From the IMG/VR virus record IMGVR_UViG_3300025598_000021: DNA of 64,000 bases, one strand, 5' to 3'. The position numbers and the translations under genes are program-made. The notes under the pieces were generated by a model. That model had not been told where the DNA came from. It ran no database searches and was given only the letters and a program-made list of their open reading frames with translations. Origin of the DNA: a virus. Positions 27,662 to 37,037 of the stretch are shown in pieces (position 1 is the stretch's first letter; each line of letters opens with the position of its first letter).

Positions 27662-28298
27662 GTCTTTCATAGTTTCTTACGTCGTCTACGACTTTGATAT
27701 TAGTTACTAGTGCTAGTAGATCTGTGTGAGAGAAGTTTAACTCTGTAGTGTGAAATACATATGCTGGGTGTATAATAAAAGTACCAGCATATGGTCTTAT
27801 AGCGTGTAACATGTTGTGATTAAGATATCTACTACGCTGTGGTATAGGATCTAAGAGATGGAGACGGTTTCCTGCCATCTTTTGATGTGTTTTTTCACCT
27901 TCTTTAGTAAGGCATTCTCCTACTTGCACGAACAGAACTGCTACGTAGTCCACTGATCTATGTGTATGTGGTTTAGAATACTGTAAATGCTTAAACTTTC
28001 TTAAATTAGTAATTGCTTCAAACACTATTTTTTCTGGATCAAAGAATCCTTCAGATTTAGCCATCTCTAGCATGCGATCTTTTAGCATCTTCTTAAATAG
28101 TTGACAAGAAGGACGAGGATCGGACAATAGATTATAAGAAGTTTCTGGATTTTTACGCATCTCTTTTGGTAGATGCGCCTCAGGGTGAAGAGATTCATAC
28201 TCTTCGCCAATATCTATTATATCCTTTATAAATTCAGGTGTAACTTCTGCAGCGTATTTTTCGTAAAGAAGATTAGTTTCCCATAGATTTCTAATCAT
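27657..28298 (-). CDS. 2OG-Fe(II) oxygenase-like protein
   Basis: PHTH..YVAVLFV..LLDP..IIHPAYVFH pattern. Confidence 0.65.
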   Translation of the reverse strand: MIRNLWETNLLYEKYAAEVTPEFIKDIIDIGEEYESLHPEAHLPKEMRKNPETSYNLLSDPRPSCQLFKKMLKDRMLEMAKSEGFFDPEKIVFEAITNLRKFKHLQYSKPHTHRSVDYVAVLFVQVGECLTKEGEKTHQKMAGNRLHLLDPIPQRSRYLNHNMLHAIRPYAGTFIIHPAYVFHTTELNFSHTDLLALVTNIKVVDDVRNYERL

Positions 28299-28882
28299 AG
28301 TTTTAAGCTCTTTAAATCCTTTACTGTAAACTGCTTTCTCATATACTGAGCCATGGCATGCATTAGGATCTGATGACAGTCTTCAACGACGCCATAGTTA
28401 TTAGACTTAACATGAACTATATGATCTGCAAGATTTCTTCTTAGAATCTGACCGCCATCAAATCCGACGAACGCGATGGTGGTATACTCTTCATACTTTG
28501 CCTGCTCTAGAGCTTTAATGATGTTCGGAGAGCTACCTGAAGAAGTAATAGCAACTACCGTGGCTAGGTCTGACTGGTGATACTCGATCTGCTTAGAGAA
28601 CACCTGCTCATAACTCATATCGTTAGCGATCGCGGTCATTAGAGCCATGTTGCTTGCTAGATTAGTGACGTTTGGCCAGATGTACGTGTCTTCACCGACG
28701 CCCTTAGTATGGTCGCACGACCAGTGTTCTGCGATAGCCGCTGATCCACCGTTACCGATTGTGAGGATTTGTTTTCTTTGTTTAGCGCATTCTACGATGT
28801 GGTCTGTTACAGTTTTTAATACGACTTCATCGACCGTATCGAGAGCCTCGTCAATCATCTTCTGATATTCTTTAAACATCAA
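28295..28882 (-). CDS. gmhA: Sedoheptulose-7-phosphate isomerase (SIS, GmhA-like)
   Basis: GNGGSAA, TAIAND, SSGSSPNII, GFDGG, EDCH. Confidence 0.85.
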   Translation of the reverse strand: MMFKEYQKMIDEALDTVDEVVLKTVTDHIVECAKQRKQILTIGNGGSAAIAEHWSCDHTKGVGEDTYIWPNVTNLASNMALMTAIANDMSYEQVFSKQIEYHQSDLATVVAITSSGSSPNIIKALEQAKYEEYTTIAFVGFDGGQILRRNLADHIVHVKSNNYGVVEDCHQILMHAMAQYMRKQFTVKDLKSLKL

Positions 28883-29853
28883 ATAGTCTCCAGAGTAGAT
28901 CCATGTTTGGCAAACCTGAACTTAAATCTCTCGTGCTGCTTCATAGCTTCATTCACTCTATTCTTGTATTTATCAGGAACATAGACTAGCAAGTATCCAC
29001 CTCCACCTGCGCCTAGAATCTTTCCACCAAGCGCGCCGTTACGCATGGCTTTGTCATACATCTCATCGATATGCGGATTACTTACGTTATCTGACAACTT
29101 CTTCTTTATCTGCCAGCCCTGATCAAGTAGACTTCCAAAGTCATCTATCTTCTTCTTTTGCAGCAGTTTAACAGACGTCTTAGCTAGTTCTACCATAGAC
29201 TTCGTCTGCTCTATATTGACGTTGTTCTTTAAGTTTTCAACCTGTTTTGTTAAAACAGAAGAAGCTTGTCTGTTTATGCCGGTGTTAAAAGCTAGTAGAT
29301 TACTATCGAGCTCATACATGGCGCTTGGATCGATATCTACAGGCTTAATTCTAGTCTCATTGCCGTGGAAGTATATCGTATTAAACCCGCCATAAGCAGC
29401 CGCATACTGATCCTGCTTGCCGATTGGTTCATTGCATCTTACTATCTCGATGTACGAAGCAAGTTCAGCGAGCTCTTTGTGATCTATGTTCTTGTTGTGT
29501 ATGATTCTATAGACAGCGTTTATTAGTCCTACAGTAAATGTGGACGAAGACCCTAGTCCCGTTCCTTTGGTGGGAACGTCTGAGAACGACGCTATCTCAA
29601 TGTTTGATGGGAATTCAAAATGTTTAAGAGTCTCTCTGACCCTGTCGTGTTTAACGTCTTCTAATTTATCGGTCTGCTCTAGTACCGAATAGATGACCCT
29701 GATATGATTTGCGACACAGCGATTAACAGCCAGATATATGTAGCTATTAATCGCTGTAGATACGACCATTCCCTCGTTGTTCTCATAGAACTGTGGAATG
29801 TCAGAACCTCCTCCAAAGAAGGAGATTCTGAGTGGTGTTTTTGTTACGATCAT
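28879..29853 (-). CDS. hddA: GHMP sugar kinase (heptose-7-phosphate kinase HddA-like)
   Basis: PLRISFFGGGSD, GTGLGSSS, IGKQDQYAAAYGG, GGKILGAGGGG. Confidence 0.9.
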   Translation of the reverse strand: MIVTKTPLRISFFGGGSDIPQFYENNEGMVVSTAINSYIYLAVNRCVANHIRVIYSVLEQTDKLEDVKHDRVRETLKHFEFPSNIEIASFSDVPTKGTGLGSSSTFTVGLINAVYRIIHNKNIDHKELAELASYIEIVRCNEPIGKQDQYAAAYGGFNTIYFHGNETRIKPVDIDPSAMYELDSNLLAFNTGINRQASSVLTKQVENLKNNVNIEQTKSMVELAKTSVKLLQKKKIDDFGSLLDQGWQIKKKLSDNVSNPHIDEMYDKAMRNGALGGKILGAGGGGYLLVYVPDKYKNRVNEAMKQHERFKFRFAKHGSTLETI

Positions 29854-30842
29854 GTTCTATACGTAAACATCTCTGATGGGGTCTTTCTAGACTCTGCGGT
29901 AGGATACTGTTCTCTCAGCTCAAGCATGAGTGACTCCCACTGCGCGCTTATCTTCTTTAGATTGAATCGCGTATCAGCATATGCCTTAACAAACTTCATA
30001 TAGTTCTGAAGATCAGGGTTATTCACCTCCTGAATAGCCTTGTCAAGGTACTTATAAAACGTCTGTGCGTGCTCTTCTGGCTTCTGACTAAACTGATACA
30101 TGAACGTCGTACCACCAGAAGTATCAGGAAGCGCGGCTAGGTTTGGATGAACTGCAAGTAGTCCAGCAGACATCGATTCAATTAGTACCCTACAAGACGT
30201 CTCAGGCCATACGCACGGGTAGGCAAGAATATGCGCTTTCTGAATATGCTCTTTAAGCTTCTCCTGCGGGGCAAAGCCGTGGTATGTCATATTTGGATGG
30301 TTGCGAATTTTGTCGTACAGGGGTTCAAAGTGCTGATCTGCCTCGTCCCAGCCGTAGATCTTAAAACTAGAGAACACGTCAAGATGAACGTTCTTGTGCT
30401 TCTGCGCTAGCGCGTCTACTACAGGAATCAACAGTTCTAGACCGCGTTGTGGGGTAGAGAAATAGATCAAATTTACTTTATCTGGATCTTTTGCTACGAG
30501 CTCAATAGGTTCGACCGGGGTCTCAATGACCTGAACCTTTGAGTCTAGCGGGATACCGAGTCTATTATTAAACTCCTGAAGCTGCCAGTTAGAGCTGAAC
30601 ACCATCTTATGAAAACGATTTCTGCTGTTTTCTTCTTTAAAGTGCGCGCACTCAGGATCGTGAGCGAGGTCGTGAGCCCAATAGATTCTAATCTTATCTT
30701 CTTCTAGATCTCTAATACGAGAAGGCACGATCTGAAATTCTTTTCCTAGCTCTTCAGGAATATACTTACCGATGCTTCTCTTTGTAATCTCAGTGCCGCC
30801 GTGAGACTTAGCAGAGATTTCATTTTCTTCAACGAACGCCAT
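29850..30842 (-). CDS. GT-B (GT4-like) glycosyltransferase
   Basis: GGTE, STPQRGL, AYPCVWPETSC..ESMSAG. Confidence 0.85.
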   Translation of the reverse strand: MAFVEENEISAKSHGGTEITKRSIGKYIPEELGKEFQIVPSRIRDLEEDKIRIYWAHDLAHDPECAHFKEENSRNRFHKMVFSSNWQLQEFNNRLGIPLDSKVQVIETPVEPIELVAKDPDKVNLIYFSTPQRGLELLIPVVDALAQKHKNVHLDVFSSFKIYGWDEADQHFEPLYDKIRNHPNMTYHGFAPQEKLKEHIQKAHILAYPCVWPETSCRVLIESMSAGLLAVHPNLAALPDTSGGTTFMYQFSQKPEEHAQTFYKYLDKAIQEVNNPDLQNYMKFVKAYADTRFNLKKISAQWESLMLELREQYPTAESRKTPSEMFTYRT

Positions 30843-31389
30843 TCTTAAACTCCATTTCAATTATAGCAACTGCGGCGGCTAAATCCGACGCGACATGATA
30901 AGGTTCACTCATATCTATATATTCTTCTGGTGGATCATACGCGTGTTCGTTACCGACTAGTATTGTCGTCAGCATACACTTGTTTCCTGGAACGATGTCT
31001 TTCCATCTATCACCGATCATATAACTACCCTGAGAATTGATCTCATAGATGCGCATGAGTGAGTCGATCATACCCGTGTTTGGCTTATAAAGATTAGTAT
31101 CTTTCTTAAGCGCGTATAACACGTGATTCACACCTAGTTCTTCTTCAAGATATTCGCAGATAGAGTCAAGCTCTACTATAAACATCTCACCGTCTAATAC
31201 GCCAGGCTGATTTGTCACTACGAACACAGAAAAGCCCATGTCTTTTAATCGTGTAATCGATTCTTTGACATGTGGATATAGTCTATCTTTAAATTCAGCG
31301 AGCGTCCATGGTGAAGTCATTCTGCCGTCTGATCTTAGCACTAGACTATTGATTACACCATCTTTATCTAAAAATACGGCTTTGCACAT
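30829..31389 (-). CDS. gmhB: Heptose-1,7-bisphosphate phosphatase (GmhB-like HAD IIIA)
   Basis: AVFLDKDGVIN, VTNQPG, KPNTGM, MIGDRWKDI. Confidence 0.85.
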   Translation of the reverse strand: MCKAVFLDKDGVINSLVLRSDGRMTSPWTLAEFKDRLYPHVKESITRLKDMGFSVFVVTNQPGVLDGEMFIVELDSICEYLEEELGVNHVLYALKKDTNLYKPNTGMIDSLMRIYEINSQGSYMIGDRWKDIVPGNKCMLTTILVGNEHAYDPPEEYIDMSEPYHVASDLAAAVAIIEMEFKNGVR

Positions 31390-31790
31390 CTGTTTCTCAG
31401 TTCTGTAGTTGAATAGCTGTGGTATCTGTCTAAGAATACTATATCGATATTTCTAATTTTACAGATATCTATGCCAGTTATTGGTTTATTCCTATCAGAA
31501 TAGTCAGCGCCAATAAACCTCTTTTGAAGATCTAGCAAAGATAATATATTGACTAGATCTTTTTCTGTGTCATATGGGATAATATTATCCACACACTTGA
31601 GTGCGCTAAGCTGAACATATCTCTCAAATACAGTCTGAGAGGGCTTGTTCTTTGAGTAGGGTCTATCTACAGTCGGATCAGTATGTAGACCAACATTAAG
31701 CCAGTCACAATTATCTCTTGCTTCTGTAAGCATGGCGATGTGACCTACGTGTAGAAGATCAAACGCCCCAAAAGTTATACCTACTATCAT
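31368..31790 (-). CDS. HIGH-family nucleotidyltransferase (TagD/HldC-like)
   Basis: TFGAFDLLHVGH, ER, GADY, YSTTELR. Confidence 0.85.
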   Translation of the reverse strand: MIVGITFGAFDLLHVGHIAMLTEARDNCDWLNVGLHTDPTVDRPYSKNKPSQTVFERYVQLSALKCVDNIIPYDTEKDLVNILSLLDLQKRFIGADYSDRNKPITGIDICKIRNIDIVFLDRYHSYSTTELRNRCAKPYF

Positions 31791-31800
31791 GTTTATCTTT

Positions 31801-32079
31801 CTAGTAGTTATCTATCACCTGTACGTATTCTACAGAATCGACGCGAAACGATCTCCAACCTGCGTTCTGCAGATCCCATACCGCAAGTACGTCTTTATTC
31901 TGCGTATGAAAATCTTTCACCTTTGGCGCTTCTGAGTTCGTATAAGACTCAGGAAGCACGTCCGGACGAAGCGAGCATCTCATAGCTCTCTTCTCACCAT
32001 TCACTTTAGTAAAATAGACCTCACACACGTTTTCAGTGAGATCGTTTAAGAGTACGTCGCGATCATATTTAACAGTCAT
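31801..32079 (-). CDS. Conserved phage SH3/WYL-like protein
   Basis: VYFTKVNGEKRAMRCSL..VWDL..GWRSFRVD. Confidence 0.7.
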   Translation of the reverse strand: MTVKYDRDVLLNDLTENVCEVYFTKVNGEKRAMRCSLRPDVLPESYTNSEAPKVKDFHTQNKDVLAVWDLQNAGWRSFRVDSVEYVQVIDNY

Positions 32080-32080
32080 T

Positions 32081-32353
32081 TTAAGCTCCAAAATAGTCTT
32101 CAACTAGAAGCTTGCGATTGTCTAGTCTCTCTTCGGTGATGCACTTGAACAGCTGCTCATAGCCACCGATATTCATACCATCGATGACGATCACCGGGAA
32201 AGTCTTAGCTTCTGGAAACTTTGATAGAAGAATCTCTCGAGTAAAGTCTTCATTAAGCTTGTACTCAAAGAAATCTTTACCGTGTGTGTTTAACAGCTGC
32301 TTAGCCTTCACACAGTTAGGACAACCGTCTTTTGAATAGATCTCAATAGCCAT
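32081..32353 (-). CDS. Glutaredoxin
   Basis: CPNC, TFPVI, IGGY. Confidence 0.9.
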   Translation of the reverse strand: MAIEIYSKDGCPNCVKAKQLLNTHGKDFFEYKLNEDFTREILLSKFPEAKTFPVIVIDGMNIGGYEQLFKCITEERLDNRKLLVEDYFGA

Positions 32354-32482
32354 TGAAATACGCCTCCCAATACTCTCTAATGGACGTGATCAACTTAGGA
32401 TCATATCCCTTCGAAGCCATATCATTCTCTACTAAAATTTCTAGATCACTCTTCCACATATATTTCTCCATATTTAGACCTG

Positions 32483-32490
32483 TATTTATA
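32483..32490 (-). promoter_or_regulatory. T4-type late promoter TATAAATA (TTGACA-type element just upstream)
   Basis: Consensus on the minus strand upstream of the grx-heptose genes. Confidence 0.5.
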
Positions 32491-32505
32491 TTATCACACT
32501 CGATA

Positions 32506-32751
32506 TCAGATGTCAACAAAAAAATACTTGATTATTCCGATCCCATATATTATAGTTATGAATATCTGAATTACTATAAGAGACCACTTTTTCCAGTGCA
32601 CGCCCATGATAAACCACAGTAGGTTTCCAACCAGGCTGATATAGATGTTGAGCGGAAAGATATTAAAAGACGTAAGAGCTACGCCGGCGACTAGTGTTAC
32701 AGTCGCCAGCCATTCTATAACGACAAATATCTTACTTGATCTTTCTGACAT
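32506..32751 (-). CDS. Small three-TM membrane protein
   Basis: Hydrophobic; WLAT..PLNIY..GNLLW. Confidence 0.6.
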   Translation of the reverse strand: MSERSSKIFVVIEWLATVTLVAGVALTSFNIFPLNIYISLVGNLLWFIMGVHWKKWSLIVIQIFITIIYGIGIIKYFFVDI

Positions 32752-33448
32752 AAGATGCCTTCACATTTCCTTTTCGAAGGGTCTCAAATCCATTAATGAA
32801 GAGATAGTCTCTCTCAATCATATCGTGGTCGTACATCCAGATATCGTCAAACACATAGACTGACCCTACCGGTGACTTTGGCAAGAAATAATTTAGCTCA
32901 TCGATCACAGCCTGATTGGTGTGGGGACCGTCATAGAAGACGAACGCGAACTTATCTTCTAACTTCTTTTCTTCGTCATACACTGGAACACCGTCCGGAT
33001 AGCGAGCAAAAAACTCAGTATCTTCAAGACAGAAGAAAGTAAAGTTAAGTCCTTTAGAGAAACCATAGTAGTATAGAGATGGAATTACTCTATTTCGCAT
33101 CGTGTTTGTGTAATCAAACTTCGTTGAAAATGAAACATCTTTAGACATCGGATCACCTTCTACCTGATGTTTACCAGGATAGTGAATAGATGCATTGATG
33201 TTTGTGATCTCGAGATCGATGTTTCCATATGGATCGATACAGAACATCGATCGGTTAGTATCACCGCTGTGCTCTAAACAGTCCATGACCATTCTGGCCG
33301 ATCCGCCGCGGCGAGTACCGATCTCAACTACAGCGCCCTCAACACCTTTGATAACAGGAACTGCGTCTACTAGAATCTCATACTCGGTACTGTCAGTATT
33401 AAAAACTTCATCAGGATTAAATCTAATCACGGTCATTTTGTTCTCCAC
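32732..33448 (-). CDS. Class I SAM methyltransferase (TylF/Methyltransf_24-like; often sugar O-methylation)
   Basis: VEIGTRRGGS, CIDPY, FYDGPH, FDD. Confidence 0.75.
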   Translation of the reverse strand: MENKMTVIRFNPDEVFNTDSTEYEILVDAVPVIKGVEGAVVEIGTRRGGSARMVMDCLEHSGDTNRSMFCIDPYGNIDLEITNINASIHYPGKHQVEGDPMSKDVSFSTKFDYTNTMRNRVIPSLYYYGFSKGLNFTFFCLEDTEFFARYPDGVPVYDEEKKLEDKFAFVFYDGPHTNQAVIDELNYFLPKSPVGSVYVFDDIWMYDHDMIERDYLFINGFETLRKGNVKASYVRKIK

Positions 33449-34015
33449 TTAGTAAAAATCAACGATCTCGTCAGCTATTCCAAACTTGATTGCTTCTTTT
33501 GGTGTTAACCAGACGTCTTCTGCTGGCAGTAAATATTTCTTTATATTAGCTTCTGTCTGACCAGTACAACGCTTATAGTGTTCTACAATCCTTTGACTGG
33601 TATTATTGAACTCTTTAACTTGAGCCATTAATTCGTGTTCTTTGCCAATAGAACCCCAAGAAAACTGGTGCGATAAGATCGCAGTGTTTCTTGTAATATA
33701 TCTATGTCCTTTAGCGCCGGCTATGAACGTCAACAGACCGCACGACGCGATCTCACCTAGTCCATATGTGTATATAGGTATTCTAGAACCCTTCATCGTA
33801 TCGATGAGTGCGAACGCAGAAGGAACTTCACCGCCAGGAGAATTGATGATCATTTTAATCTGTTTTGGTCTATCTTTTCTCATCAAATTTCTAGCAAGTA
33901 TATATTTTAAAGCGTCTCCAGTTGAAGAAGCGTCAAACGTAGAATTAAAAAGATAGTAATGAAAGTCTTCGATGTCTGGAATTTCTGATTTTTCTTTTTC
34001 TTTGTCTAGACTCAC
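33449..34015 (-). CDS. clpP: ClpP-family protease
   Basis: INSPGG, IASCG (Ser), LSHQ (His), DVWLTPKEAIKFGIAD. Confidence 0.9.
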   Translation of the reverse strand: MSLDKEKEKSEIPDIEDFHYYLFNSTFDASSTGDALKYILARNLMRKDRPKQIKMIINSPGGEVPSAFALIDTMKGSRIPIYTYGLGEIASCGLLTFIAGAKGHRYITRNTAILSHQFSWGSIGKEHELMAQVKEFNNTSQRIVEHYKRCTGQTEANIKKYLLPAEDVWLTPKEAIKFGIADEIVDFY

Positions 34016-34037
34016 GTATCTTCTCCATTGTCGGGTG

Positions 34038-34065
34038 AAAAGGGAGGCACGGACATTGCCTCCCT
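34038..34065 (-). terminator. Rho-independent terminator
   Basis: AGGGAGGCA/TGCCTCCCT stem plus TTT on minus. Confidence 0.65.
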
Positions 34066-34071
34066 AGTTGT

Positions 34072-34614
34072 TTATTTCTGAATATGAATGTGGTCGTAAT
34101 GACCAGGCACTCTCCAGAGAACCGTGTAACCAGCAGCTCTTGCTTCAGCCGCTAGCTGATCAAATCTATGCGCATATTGTGAACTGGCTTCACGCACGCC
34201 ACGGCCGACATTAATATCGATCGCATTACCGGAGTAGTGCGCCGAATGATGTGCGTGTACGTGATGAACTCCACCAAAAGACGGATGTTCAGATACGCGG
34301 AAGCCTCTATGCTGCAGTTCGTATCCGTATGCTACAAGCGAACCTGAAGCATGTCCGAAACCATACTGCTCTTCTTCGTGTTGTTGATAAGCACGTGCTT
34401 GTTTTCTTGTGCGAAATTTAACACGTGGACTAACGGACCACTCTTCTCCATTCGATGAAGTGCCACCGAGTAGCTCGGCGAACGGGTTCTCATAAGTCTC
34501 TTCTAAGTTTGTTGAATACTGAGTATTCTTGCTGTGACTGACTCTTGCTTCTGCAGTTTCGCTTATCGCGAAAACCATAGTAGCTACAGTCGCAGCTAGG
34601 ATAATCTTCTTCAT
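34072..34614 (-). CDS. Exported M15/Hedgehog-fold zinc peptidase-like protein
   Basis: Signal peptide; SAHYSGNAIDIN..HYDHIH. Confidence 0.65.
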   Translation of the reverse strand: MKKIILAATVATMVFAISETAEARVSHSKNTQYSTNLEETYENPFAELLGGTSSNGEEWSVSPRVKFRTRKQARAYQQHEEEQYGFGHASGSLVAYGYELQHRGFRVSEHPSFGGVHHVHAHHSAHYSGNAIDINVGRGVREASSQYAHRFDQLAAEARAAGYTVLWRVPGHYDHIHIQK

Positions 34615-34648
34615 ATATTTACCTTTCTTTTATGCGTAACCGACTAAG

Positions 34649-35062
34649 TCACTGCACTTGCATATGTAATCGTGCTGTTCCATGGGATTTAAAGCCGAGA
34701 GCATTGGCTACGTTTTGATTTACGTCGAGTGTTCTACCTCTGACGAATGGCCCTCTATCGGTTACGACGGCTGTTACTGTCCTTCCGTTGGCGGGATTGG
34801 TAATCAATACCCTAGTACCAAACGGAAGAGTTCTATGAGCTACACCATAGGTGGCTCTCATACCCGAAGCTGTCCGTCCACTTCGGTCATTATACCACGA
34901 GGCGTTATGACGCCCAGTGGAATAGATATTTATATGTTTAGAGTGTTTACCTTGACTCACCTGTTCTATCTGAGATCCTCCAAATAGATCATCTACAAAT
35001 CCGGCCTGAGCGGTATTCCACGTACCAAACACAAGCGCCATTATAAAAATCACGTATTTCAT
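34649..35062 (-). CDS. RlpA-like DPBB lytic transglycosylase
   Basis: ASWY..TASG..AHRTLPFGT..VTDRGPFVRGRTLD; signal peptide. Confidence 0.9.
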   Translation of the reverse strand: MKYVIFIMALVFGTWNTAQAGFVDDLFGGSQIEQVSQGKHSKHINIYSTGRHNASWYNDRSGRTASGMRATYGVAHRTLPFGTRVLITNPANGRTVTAVVTDRGPFVRGRTLDVNQNVANALGFKSHGTARLHMQVQ

Positions 35063-35081
35063 ATTATAGCCTTTCAGATAT

Positions 35082-35158
35082 TGGTACTCCTGACAGGACT
35101 CGAACCTGTAACCGCGCTGTTATGAGCAGCGAGAACTGACCAATTGTTCTACAGGAGT
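35082..35158 (-). tRNA. tRNA with CAT anticodon (elongator Met or lysidine-type Ile2)
   Basis: ACTCCTG/CAGGAGT acceptor, CGCTG-CTCATAA-CAGCG anticodon arm, encoded CCA; no initiator features. Confidence 0.9.
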
Positions 35159-35159
35159 A

Positions 35160-35735
35160 TTAGATGAAGTTAAAGTTTAACACCACTTTTCTGTTGGTGT
35201 AGGTCGGTGAGCTACTAGAATGATACTGATGCCCATTAAAGAAGATTGAAGAGTTTTCTTTTGGTGATACCCTAGTAAACTCTGTGACATTATTTTTTAA
35301 TACTTCTTGTAGGTAGAAATCAGCCGGCTGACCGTCGTCCGGATTATAAAACTCATTATACAGTATGGTATCACCATCATTGTTGTTAAAATATAGCAGC
35401 CCAGTCATATGTCTATCATCCATGTCTACGTGTGGTGGATGAATATGGCCAATAGGATTAATCTGCAGCATAGTCAATCTAATTCTAAGAATAGCGTTGA
35501 CTTTATATCCGGCGGTATCAGCCAGATGCAGAATACACGCTTCCGCTAAGTTTGTAATTTGAGAATTACTTCTTCCATCAAAGTAAGCTAGGTGATAGAA
35601 GCTGTAGCTAAACTTATCCTCATTAGACCTATACGTGGTCTCATTATAAAACCAAGGAAAGTTTCTATCAAATACTTCATTCTTGAATCTGTCAAATAGC
35701 TGTCTTGGCAGAGCGTTTTCACGTTGAATCATCAT
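35160..35735 (-). CDS. 2OG-Fe(II) oxygenase (paralog of 7802)
   Basis: PHVD..YFNNNDGDT..FNGHQYHSSSSP..R. Confidence 0.8.
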   Translation of the reverse strand: MMIQRENALPRQLFDRFKNEVFDRNFPWFYNETTYRSNEDKFSYSFYHLAYFDGRSNSQITNLAEACILHLADTAGYKVNAILRIRLTMLQINPIGHIHPPHVDMDDRHMTGLLYFNNNDGDTILYNEFYNPDDGQPADFYLQEVLKNNVTEFTRVSPKENSSIFFNGHQYHSSSSPTYTNRKVVLNFNFI

Positions 35736-35761
35736 ATAACCTATTAATTGACTATTTGCGT

Positions 35762-35790
35762 ATTATACACTACTTCTTTAGAAATGTCAA
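35762..35790 (-). promoter_or_regulatory. Sigma70-type early promoter
   Basis: TTGACA-17 nt-TATAAT. Confidence 0.7.
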
Positions 35791-36174
35791 ATGATTCTTT
35801 CTCACTTTACACATTATCCAAGAGTTATACCAGTCATCTGACTCTAACACGCTATTTTCGAACTGGTATTTTGCCTCGAAGTATGTCATCTCACCCTTAG
35901 AAGAGCAGAACCTTATAATTTCTCTACTAAAATTATGTTTTCCTAGTAGGTTGACGTCTTCATTTAATTTATCGTTAGAGCCGTAGTATTCTTTCCAGTC
36001 AGACTCTACCTTGTACCTCTTCTTCTTGCCTTTTATCTGTTTAGTCTTGGCGAAGTAGAAGTTCTTTTTGCCGATATATTTGCGTTTGGTGCGGAGATTT
36101 TCTATTATATAGACGAATCCAATAAACTTTTCGGGTATATTCTCCAATACTTTTTCTTCATAAAACCAAGTCAT
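35770..36174 (-). CDS. GIY-YIG endonuclease (DenA/EndoII-like)
   Basis: GFVYII..KYIGKKNF..ESDWKEYYGS..FSREII..E..WYNSWI. Confidence 0.8.
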   Translation of the reverse strand: MTWFYEEKVLENIPEKFIGFVYIIENLRTKRKYIGKKNFYFAKTKQIKGKKKRYKVESDWKEYYGSNDKLNEDVNLLGKHNFSREIIRFCSSKGEMTYFEAKYQFENSVLESDDWYNSWIMCKVRKNHLTFLKK

Positions 36175-36188
36175 AAGATATCCTAAAA

Positions 36189-36196
36189 TATAAATA
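36189..36196 (+). promoter_or_regulatory. T4-type late promoter TATAAATA
   Basis: Exact consensus upstream of the inverted homing endonuclease. Confidence 0.7.
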
Positions 36197-36256
36197 AAAC
36201 GTAGATCGCAGAGCGGGAACTCTCATCTACTCTAACCCTGCATGGAGGATCAGCAT

Positions 36257-36817
36257 ATGATTATTTATATTCCATATACCTATCTTATTGGATGGTCAAA
36301 ATACAATATATGGTATTATGGCGTAAGATACGCCAAAGGATGTCAACCCTCAGATTTATGGACATCTTATTTCACTTCTTCAAAACTTGTTAAAAAGGCT
36401 CGATCAGAATATGGCGAGCCTGATATTATCCAAATCCGTAAAACTTTTACAAACGAAAACAACGCCAGAATATGGGAAACTAAAGTTCTTCGAAGATTGA
36501 AAGTTGTTTTAAGAGAAGATTTTATAAATCAAACAGATAATATCGCAATTTCCATACAATCTGCTTCAGTTCCAAAACCTGGAACTTCTACCGCCATGAT
36601 CGGGAATCATAATGCTTCTGGTAACAAAGGCAAAAAACAATCAAAAGATCATATAATAAAAAGGACCAGTAAATTAAAAGGAAGAATTTTCTCTCAAGAA
36701 ACTATAGAAAAAATGAGATTAGCCAAAATTGGCAAAAAACAATCTATAGAAAGTAATTTAAAAAGATCAAAAGCTCTAACTGGTAAAAAACGTGGCCCTT
36801 ATAAGAAAAAGGATTAA
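36257..36817 (+). mobile_element. Free-standing GIY-YIG-like homing endonuclease with NUMOD3 repeats, inverted relative to flanks
   Basis: PYTYLIGWS..WYYGVRYA..YFTSS; repeated K..S.E basic motifs; AT-rich; ATG 36257 follows GGAGG. Confidence 0.75.
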
Positions 36818-36851
36818 TCCATGACATCCCGAATCTCCTTCGGGATATTTA

Positions 36852-37037
36852 TCACTCATCAAAGTCGAGTTCTTCTTGGTCGATGTCTTCGTAGTAACCT
36901 ACCAACCCACATATGTTCGAAATAAATTCATGGATGTCTGATATGTCTATACCATCTAGCTCGTCATCGTCTTCTGTGATCTTATTATCTCTAATAAATT
37001 CTCTACAGAGATCAAACAGTTCTGCGTCTACCTTCAT
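36852..37037 (-). CDS. Acidic hypothetical protein
   Basis: Overlaps stop of upstream ORF. Confidence 0.55.
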   Translation of the reverse strand: MKVDAELFDLCREFIRDNKITEDDDELDGIDISDIHEFISNICGLVGYYEDIDQEELDFDE

